Virus record (IMG/VR): IMGVR_UViG_3300011437_000021
Coordinates: 1-33,354 of that record
Reading direction: 5' to 3' (one strand)
Origin: a virus
Taxonomy: Duplodnaviria; Caudoviricetes
DNA length: 33,354 bases
The number at the start of each line of letters is the position of its first letter. Position 1 is the first letter of the stretch. Shown piece by piece: positions 26,961 through 33,354 of the stretch. The notes beneath the pieces are model-generated. The model made no database searches. It had not been told where the DNA came from and was given only the letters and a program-made list of their open reading frames with translations. A program made the position numbers and the translations under genes.

Positions 26961-27667
26961 TGATTGCGCCTCAGCCCGGGCAGAAAAAGAAACCCGGCAT
27001 CGCTGACGTCCTGATGTCTCGGGTTCCTGGTGTGGTCAGTTCGCATGGTCCCGGATCTGGAGCCCCTCCGACCGCTCGGCCGGCGTCCAAGATGATCACG
27101 CCTCCGGGAGTAAAGAATTTGCCACCTGGGCGTCCGGGCGCAGCATCACAGCCGCGCATGGTAACGCCCCCGGGCCGGGGCAATCTGCCTCCAGGTCGCC
27201 CGACACCGAAGCCGGCGCCTCGAATGGTGACCCCGCCTGGGCGTCCGAATTTGCCTCCAGCGGATCCCAGGAAGCCTCCGATGAAGCCGCCAGTTGCGCG
27301 ACCCGCGCCTCGTACGGTCACGCCTCCAGGTCCTGGTAATCTCCCGCCCGGTGTCGGTATGATCAACCCGGAGGGCCCGGGCAATCTTCCTCCGCAAGGA
27401 CCTGTGATGATCAGCCCCGAGGGCCCAGGAAATATGCCGCCGGGTGCATCGCCTGCGTCTATGTCGGCACCGTACCAGGGCAATGGCGGCACTGGCATTG
27501 CCTCACTCGGGCCAGACGGACAACCACTGGCTGTTGATCCGAACACGGGTGCTCCGATGGACCCAGGCGCGATACCATTCAACCTGAATGCCGGTCAAGG
27601 TGGGGGTATCCAAGACGAGCTACTTCGACGGTTCCAAATGCAGCAGGAGCAGGGCTATGGCTACTGA
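26957..27667 (+). CDS. Pro-rich repeat protein (putative internal virion protein)
   Basis: Six (M/T)xxPxG.xN(L/M)PP repeats; ATGA overlap with upstream gene. Confidence 0.6.
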   Translation: MMIAPQPGQKKKPGIADVLMSRVPGVVSSHGPGSGAPPTARPASKMITPPGVKNLPPGRPGAASQPRMVTPPGRGNLPPGRPTPKPAPRMVTPPGRPNLPPADPRKPPMKPPVARPAPRTVTPPGPGNLPPGVGMINPEGPGNLPPQGPVMISPEGPGNMPPGASPASMSAPYQGNGGTGIASLGPDGQPLAVDPNTGAPMDPGAIPFNLNAGQGGGIQDELLRRFQMQQEQGYGY

Positions 27668-28697
27668 TCCGTACGGTAACGAGATCGACGACGAGCAGGC
27701 GTATCAACAGCAACAGCAGCCACAGCAGTACCAGCCGCAGCAAGTGCAGCAGGCGGCTACGCCGCAGTATGCACAGACGGCTGCGCCTGCACCTGCGGCC
27801 ACACCGTGGGGCACGCAGCAGTACGAGGGCTTCCGCAACGAGTGGCTCGGTCAAGGCTTCGGCTCGAAGGCCAATGCCGGGGCGCTAGAAAACATCGCGG
27901 CCAAGTACGGCGTTCGCATCGACAAGGGTCAGCATGCCTTCTCGCCAACGGGCGAATACCTGGGTGATATGCTCGGCGACGTCGGTGGGCGTAACACCGT
28001 ACAGTTTCTGCGCGGCGAGGCTGGCCACGCGACGACCGACAAATTGTACGGCGGTAAATCGACCGCTAAGCCGAAAGGCAAGACGCCCCCGGGGCCGGGT
28101 AATTTACCGCCTGTGGTCGGTGGTGGCGGAGCTGGTGGTGGCAGTAAGGCGGCAGGCGGCTACAACACGGGCAACATGGGCCCTCAGTCGTCCGATTTGT
28201 TCAATCTGCTCATGGAGCGCGCGCGCAGCTCTGAGAACGTCGACCCGAACGACCCGATTATCAAGGCGCAGACGGACGCGTATCGCTCCGAGGGTGTGAA
28301 CGCACGTCGCGACTTCCTGGCCCAGCAGGCCGAGGCAGCCGGCCCCTACGGCAACCAGCGATCCGAGGAACGGCGCAGTGCCGAGCAGCTCGGTAAGTCA
28401 GTGGGCGGGTTCCAAGGTCAGGCCATGCAGAACGAGCTGTCGGCTCGTCGTGCCAAGATTGAGCACGCACTCGACGCGGGTGCGGCCTTCCTGTCTGATC
28501 AGCAGAAAATGGCCCTGCAAAACGAACTGACGCGGCTGCAGCTCGCTCAGCAGGAATCACAGTTCGGCCGGAATCTGAAGCAGCAGGGATCGCAGTTCGA
28601 CCGCAACCTCGATATGCAGAAAGACCAATTCGGTCGATCTCTCGGTCAGCGTGCCTACGAATACGACACGGGCCGCTGGGACAACATTTTCCTCTAA
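27657..28697 (+). CDS. putative ejection/internal virion protein
   Basis: ATG at 27657; Gln-rich N-terminus, Gly linker, 11-aa QF.R.L repeats at the C-terminus. Confidence 0.62.
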   Translation: MATDPYGNEIDDEQAYQQQQQPQQYQPQQVQQAATPQYAQTAAPAPAATPWGTQQYEGFRNEWLGQGFGSKANAGALENIAAKYGVRIDKGQHAFSPTGEYLGDMLGDVGGRNTVQFLRGEAGHATTDKLYGGKSTAKPKGKTPPGPGNLPPVVGGGGAGGGSKAAGGYNTGNMGPQSSDLFNLLMERARSSENVDPNDPIIKAQTDAYRSEGVNARRDFLAQQAEAAGPYGNQRSEERRSAEQLGKSVGGFQGQAMQNELSARRAKIEHALDAGAAFLSDQQKMALQNELTRLQLAQQESQFGRNLKQQGSQFDRNLDMQKDQFGRSLGQRAYEYDTGRWDNIFL

Positions 28698-28706
28698 GGT
28701 GATGCA

Positions 28707-29687
28707 ATGGGCATGTCAGATACCAGCATCAATCAGTTCAACCTGAAGATCAGGACGTCGCCCTGGTATCAGGAGTGGTTTCAGGCCAAGGGGCTCGACC
28801 CGAACAAGGTCCAGCTGACGAAGGACCAGCGCAATGAGCTGAAGGCCATCGTCGAGCAGAACACGGGGTTCAAGTTCCCCGGCGACATGAAGATCGACCC
28901 CGCCGGCAACCTTAACGAAAAGGGCGGCTGGGCCGGGCTTCCAACAGGTGTGAAAGTCGCGCTTATCGCAGCAGCTGCGGTCGGGACAGCCGGTGCAGCA
29001 GGCGCACTTGGTGGCGGGGCGGCAGGGGTCGGAGCTGGTGGAACCGGTAGTGGCGTTGCTGCGGCAGCGGGCGCCCCCACAGCAGCATCTACGGGCATGG
29101 GCTTGGGTGCGCTTGGGACGACAGCTGGTGTTGGCAGTACACTCGGCACTATCGGCACAGTCGCGAATGCAGTCAAGAGTGGCGGCTCGACCATGGACAA
29201 GATCGGCAACATCTTGCGTGGCGGGGCTGGGGCTGTCGGGGCGGCTACGGAAGCAGCCGCGCAGCGTCAGGCTCAGGAAGATGATAGTCTCTACCGAGCC
29301 CAGCAGTCGAACATGCAAGGCGAGAACGCGTTCCAAAGCCAGCAGCTCGCACAGGCCCGCGAAGAAGCCGCACAACGTGACGAAGCGAGGAAGAATCTCT
29401 ACCGCGCCTCGATCATGAAGAATCCGCAGTTCAGCGTCGAGAATCCTCGTGGGGCGCAGACATTCAGCCCCGAGATGATGGAAGGGCTCACGAATCTGGA
29501 AAAGCAGGCACTGAGCCGTACGGCTGACACTCCGCAGTACACGTCAGCGAAGATGCGCGCGCCCCAGTTCGCGCCACTCGATCCACAGGCGTTGTCGCAA
29601 ACGTCGCGCCCGGGTACCATGGAAACTATCGGGAATTGGCTGGCTCCGGGCCTGTCACTGACCGACCTTCTGACGGATACATTCTGA
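28707..29687 (+). CDS. putative ejection/DNA pilot-like protein
   Basis: AAGGTG RBS; long Gly/Ala-rich hydrophobic segment then coiled coil. Confidence 0.62.
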   Translation: MGMSDTSINQFNLKIRTSPWYQEWFQAKGLDPNKVQLTKDQRNELKAIVEQNTGFKFPGDMKIDPAGNLNEKGGWAGLPTGVKVALIAAAAVGTAGAAGALGGGAAGVGAGGTGSGVAAAAGAPTAASTGMGLGALGTTAGVGSTLGTIGTVANAVKSGGSTMDKIGNILRGGAGAVGAATEAAAQRQAQEDDSLYRAQQSNMQGENAFQSQQLAQAREEAAQRDEARKNLYRASIMKNPQFSVENPRGAQTFSPEMMEGLTNLEKQALSRTADTPQYTSAKMRAPQFAPLDPQALSQTSRPGTMETIGNWLAPGLSLTDLLTDTF

Positions 29688-30961
29688 TGCCTTTCCTGTC
29701 ACCCGGTGCCGCCGCCGCCAGTGCGCTCGAAGACTTCATGGTCAAGCGTGAAGTGGATGCCCGACAGGCTCGTCTCGATGCTCAGGCCGCCGAGACACAC
29801 CGCTCGAATATGGAGCGGGCTAAGCGGCTCCTCGAACGCGAAGATCTGGAGACCAAGCTGAAGTTGGAAGATCGCGAGCGCTCGAAGACTGAGAAGGAAG
29901 TCGAAGGGATGATCATTGGCGATATTCCCACCGAGGACCTGACCGTGCGCGCGAGAAAGCACGGCATTCCAATGCGAACGGCTGTCCAGCCGCCCGCGCC
30001 TGCTGAAGTTGAGGCACCCGGTCTCATCACCGAATTGTCGCCAGATGGTGCCAGCGGCGAGACGCCCGTGGCCGAGCTACCAGCGGGTAACATCCGCTTC
30101 GCTGGCTCCCCAGCCCAGGTCAAGGAAGAGCAGGCCCGGGCCGCTCAGCAGAAGTTCATCCAGGGTCTTAAGACAATGCCTGCGCTGAAACAGGGCGAGA
30201 CCGGTGCCGCGATGTCGGCGGCTGCTCGGGCCGCTGGCCTGAACATGCCTGCTTCAGACTTCGAGCCTGCGGCCCCACCGACCAAGTCGGCGACGATCCA
30301 AGAGTGGGAACAGTACAAAGCCGACGAGACTGCGGCCGGACGGAAACCGCTCGGCTTCGACGCGTACCAGGCTCGTGACGCCAACCGCAAACGCTCGGCC
30401 AGTCGAGACGGCCTGACTGATGCCCAGGTGGCGTCGTCGTTCAATACGCTCGCAGGCAAGTACCAGACGTCGCCGCTGACGAAAGCTGCCGACCGTACGC
30501 TGATCCTCAGCGATGCCGTCAGGGCTATCCGCAAGGACCCGAAGAACGCAGTCGAGCAACAGAACCTTGGGTACGCTTTCGTCCAGATCGAGGACACGTA
30601 CCAGTCGGCCGTTCGTGAGGGCGAGTTGAAGAACCTGGCTGGGTTGGGTTCGGCTGCGGGACGTCTCAAGGCCACTGTTGAGAAGTTCCTCGATGGTACG
30701 GGCAACATGCCGCCAGAGATTGCCCTGCAGATCGCGGCAACCGCCGAACGCATGGCCGAAAGCATCAAGGACGGCCGGAAGCGCAAGCTGAAGGAGTTCA
30801 CGGTGCAGGCGGAGACCGCCGGTATCGGTCCCTCGTGGAACAAGTACGTTAAGGGCCTCGAAGCGCTCGATGAGCCCGAGGCGCCTGCAGCAGGTGGTGG
30901 TGGCGGTATCCCCAAAGTCGGCGATACGTTCATGGGCGGAAAGGTGATCTCGGTAGACTGA
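29687..30961 (+). CDS. putative ejection protein
   Basis: TGATG coupling; coiled coil; SAVREGE motif seen in podovirus ejection proteins. Confidence 0.62.
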   Translation: MPFLSPGAAAASALEDFMVKREVDARQARLDAQAAETHRSNMERAKRLLEREDLETKLKLEDRERSKTEKEVEGMIIGDIPTEDLTVRARKHGIPMRTAVQPPAPAEVEAPGLITELSPDGASGETPVAELPAGNIRFAGSPAQVKEEQARAAQQKFIQGLKTMPALKQGETGAAMSAAARAAGLNMPASDFEPAAPPTKSATIQEWEQYKADETAAGRKPLGFDAYQARDANRKRSASRDGLTDAQVASSFNTLAGKYQTSPLTKAADRTLILSDAVRAIRKDPKNAVEQQNLGYAFVQIEDTYQSAVREGELKNLAGLGSAAGRLKATVEKFLDGTGNMPPEIALQIAATAERMAESIKDGRKRKLKEFTVQAETAGIGPSWNKYVKGLEALDEPEAPAAGGGGGIPKVGDTFMGGKVISVD

Positions 30962-32499
30962 TGCCTATCAAAACGATCGTCATCGAGACTCCTGACGGGG
31001 CGCGCAAAACCATCAGGATTGAGGTTCCCGAGGAGCCGAAGTCTGCCGATCAACAGATCCGCGAGCGTCGGGCTCCCGGCTTCGACGCTCAGACCCCCGC
31101 CCAGGCGGCCCTGGCTGGCCTCCAGGAGGGCGCAGTCGAGGGGGCTAAGGGATTTGCCAAGGAGATCGTCCCAGGCACCGTAAAAGCTGTCCAGGGCATT
31201 CCTGGGGCCATCTACGATACGGTTCGGATGGCGATTTCGGCCGGTGGTGAGGGCGCAGACTTGCTGACCGACCCGGTCGGGACCCTGACTCGCTGGCGGG
31301 ATGCGGCTGGCGAGCTGCCTGGCAAGGCCAAGCAAGCCCTCGACGACACCATCGCAATGGCGGCCAATGACCCACAGAAGTTCGGCGCGGCTGTCGCTGA
31401 CTTGACTGCCGAGACCGGGGTCGGCTTCGCAACGGCCAAGGCCATCCCCACGGCTGGCAAGCCGGTTGCTCGTCGGGTGGGGCCTGCTATGGCCTCGCTC
31501 GGTGAAAAGGCTCGCTTCCCGCTGCGAATCTCCGGTGGTGCGGCTATCGCCTCAGGCAACCTGCCTGTCGGGGCTGCCCTCATGGCCACGCCCGAAGTCC
31601 TGGAGTCTGGCGGCAAGGCCCTGACCCGCTGGGGTAATACCGGACGCGTTCCAACCCGCTTGGTTACGCCCGGCGGCACGGTCGTTGCGTCGAAGACGGC
31701 TCCTGCTCAGATGACCGTAGCAAGTGAAGTAGTCCCAACAAAAGCAGCCCTTCCTCGATTTGTCACGGACGTAGAAAAGGGCCTGGTTGGTAATATCGAC
31801 GATATTACGGACCCAGCACGCGCGGGGCTCGAAGCGGTGGATGAAGCTATTGATGCTGAGAAAAAGCGCTCGGGTGCCATTCGTATCGCATCTGGTAAGC
31901 GTGAGGCAGCAGTACGGAGGGCCGAAGAGGCCGCCGACCTATCTGAGGTTCGGAAACCTGTCGGATTGACCCCACAGGAGCAGGAATTACTCAATCGAGC
32001 AACGTCAGTAACACCGGCAGGCCCCGGCAATGTCCGCATTACCCCGCCAGCTCCGCGCGCTGCATCTACGCTCGAAGAGATCGGCGATGAGGTCGACTTG
32101 ACAGGTGTCAGCGGAGGCGCCCCGAACGTCTCCAGGGAACGGGCCGCAGAACGCTTCGGCCGAAACTTCGTCAACGAGGGCGTGACGACCCCCGAAGGTC
32201 GTAGACTGCCCCAGGAGCTGCTCGACGTAGCTGAGGATGTACCCGAGCTGCCGCCTGCTGGCGCGGACCTGGATATTCCGTCAACACGCTCACGCCGGAG
32301 CCCGCTGTCTGCCGTAGACGACAGGCTCACGGAAAATGACTTCGACGCACTGCGGCAGATCATCGCCGAGAACCCAGGCATCTCCACGTCAGAGGCCTCG
32401 CGGTTCCTCCTCGACGAGCGTGCTGCACGTTCGCAGATGTATCGGAACCGTGCTGGTTTGGACCGAGGCGCCCAGACTGCATTTGATCTGGACGAATAA
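30961..32499 (+). CDS. putative large ejection protein
   Basis: TGATG coupling; Ala/Gly-rich 512 aa at end of virion module. Confidence 0.6.
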   Translation: MPIKTIVIETPDGARKTIRIEVPEEPKSADQQIRERRAPGFDAQTPAQAALAGLQEGAVEGAKGFAKEIVPGTVKAVQGIPGAIYDTVRMAISAGGEGADLLTDPVGTLTRWRDAAGELPGKAKQALDDTIAMAANDPQKFGAAVADLTAETGVGFATAKAIPTAGKPVARRVGPAMASLGEKARFPLRISGGAAIASGNLPVGAALMATPEVLESGGKALTRWGNTGRVPTRLVTPGGTVVASKTAPAQMTVASEVVPTKAALPRFVTDVEKGLVGNIDDITDPARAGLEAVDEAIDAEKKRSGAIRIASGKREAAVRRAEEAADLSEVRKPVGLTPQEQELLNRATSVTPAGPGNVRITPPAPRAASTLEEIGDEVDLTGVSGGAPNVSRERAAERFGRNFVNEGVTTPEGRRLPQELLDVAEDVPELPPAGADLDIPSTRSRRSPLSAVDDRLTENDFDALRQIIAENPGISTSEASRFLLDERAARSQMYRNRAGLDRGAQTAFDLDE

Positions 32500-32508
32500 A
32501 AGGACTCT

Positions 32509-32748
32509 ATGGACGGCATTCTCGAACTCCTCACCGCACTCAACTCGATGTCTCCGCTCGGCGTCACGGCTCTGCTCGGCGTGATCATCTACATTCTTGT
32601 GAAGCGCCAGCCCTCGAAGGCTGAATTGTCCGATGTCAAGACGAACCATTTGCACGAGTTACCGGCAATGGCTGAGACGCTCCGACGGATGGAATCGCTG
32701 ATGATTGAGAACTTTACCGAAATTCGGATTCAGCTGAGCAAGAAATAA
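32509..32748 (+). CDS. holin-like membrane protein
   Basis: AAGGA RBS; one TM helix then NHL.. amphipathic helix. Confidence 0.5.
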   Translation: MDGILELLTALNSMSPLGVTALLGVIIYILVKRQPSKAELSDVKTNHLHELPAMAETLRRMESLMIENFTEIRIQLSKK

Positions 32749-32809
32749 TACCCCCCACGTGTCAAAGTGCTACACTGGTCTCCTGTAACACTATTTGTCT
32801 GGGGGTTTT

Positions 32810-33354
32810 ATGCTGCGAACTGGTATCAAATTCTTATTGGTATTTCTCTTCCTGGCAGGCATTCTTTCACTGTTTGTCGGGTGTGCCGGTACGATCCAGC
32901 CTACAACCGCTGCTAATGGGCCTGCATTCCTTGCCTCTGTTCGCCCCCTTCAGGTGAAAATCGTCGATCTCGAAGAGGACAGCTTTGCGATGAATTTCCT
33001 TCGCAACGCCGGCATGCTTGAGGGCGCGCAGGTCGGCGATACGAAGAATATCTGCACTATCAGTGCAACGGATCACGAACCGCAATACTGGATCACGGCT
33101 GCACACTGTGTCTTTGAGATAGGACAGGAAGGCCGGTATGTCGACAGCCTCACAGTTGAGATCGTGGCAGTCAGCAAGGACATGGACATCGCTATCGTCA
33201 AGGTACCTGGGTTGCGTGCCCCCGGTCTGAGTCTGCAAAAGACCCCTGTCGGCTTCGAGCAAGAGATCAAAGTAGTGGGGCATCCCTTCGGCTACGACCC
33301 TGTGTTCATTACCAGGGGCTACGTGGCCAATCCTCGGGGCATTCTGGACGGGAC
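32810..33354 (+). CDS. trypsin-like serine protease lipoprotein (truncated by window end)
   Basis: Manual translation: MLRTGIKFLLVFLFLAGILSLFVG-C lipobox, WITAAHCV (His), DIAIVKV (Asp), VVGHPFG; no stop before 33354. Confidence 0.8.
   Translation, partial: MLRTGIKFLLVFLFLAGILSLFVGCAGTIQPTTAANGPAFLASVRPLQVKIVDLEEDSFAMNFLRNAGMLEGAQVGDTKNICTISATDHEPQYWITAAHCVFEIGQEGRYVDSLTVEIVAVSKDMDIAIVKVPGLRAPGLSLQKTPVGFEQEIKVVGHPFGYDPVFITRGYVANPRGILDG

Noticed and set aside
26957-27790. CRISPR array or DGR-type repeats
   Set aside because: Repeats are protein-level with synonymous variation; no constant repeat-spacer units, no reverse transcriptase or template/variable repeat pair seen.
12126-32588. Long antisense ORFs (e.g. 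12126-13082, 14663-15853, 30145-31335, 31707-32588)
   Set aside because: Shadows of GC-rich + strand genes; no motifs or convincing RBS.
5371-32748. Genome-wide stop-codon reassignment
   Set aside because: Genes are full length under the standard code and TAA, TAG and TGA all end genes followed by RBS and start codons.

Overview
A 33 kb segment of a tailed dsDNA phage (Caudoviricetes; podovirus-like, since no tail tube, sheath or tape-measure gene is evident and ejection-type proteins follow the tail genes). Left to right: tiny + strand ORFs (112-976); a non-coding stretch rich in palindromes (977-1545); a - strand block with membrane/secreted proteins and a clan-A glycoside-hydrolase-like protein (1546-4702); tRNA-Thr(UGU); then the + strand morphogenesis operon (small and large terminase, portal, two FmdB-like zinc-ribbon proteins, scaffold, major capsid, decoration and beta-helix proteins, head-tail adaptor, nozzle/stabilization protein, tail-fibre-like proteins, low-complexity ejection proteins, a holin-like protein) and a truncated trypsin-like lipoprotein. 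Four AT-richer free-standing homing endonuclease genes (2 LAGLIDADG, 1 HNH, 1 EndoVII-like) interrupt the operon. The most unusual pattern is that genes next to three of these endonucleases have a near-cognate codon (ACG, ATA, ACG, TTG) where RBS spacing and protein N-terminus predict the initiator ATG. Two of these share an identical 12-nt RBS-spacer, and the endonuclease inserts are flanked by degenerate duplications of the target gene start. This suggests endonucleases that target translation-initiation regions, coupled to non-AUG initiation or editing. Functional calls come from motifs and synteny read by eye; no searches were run.
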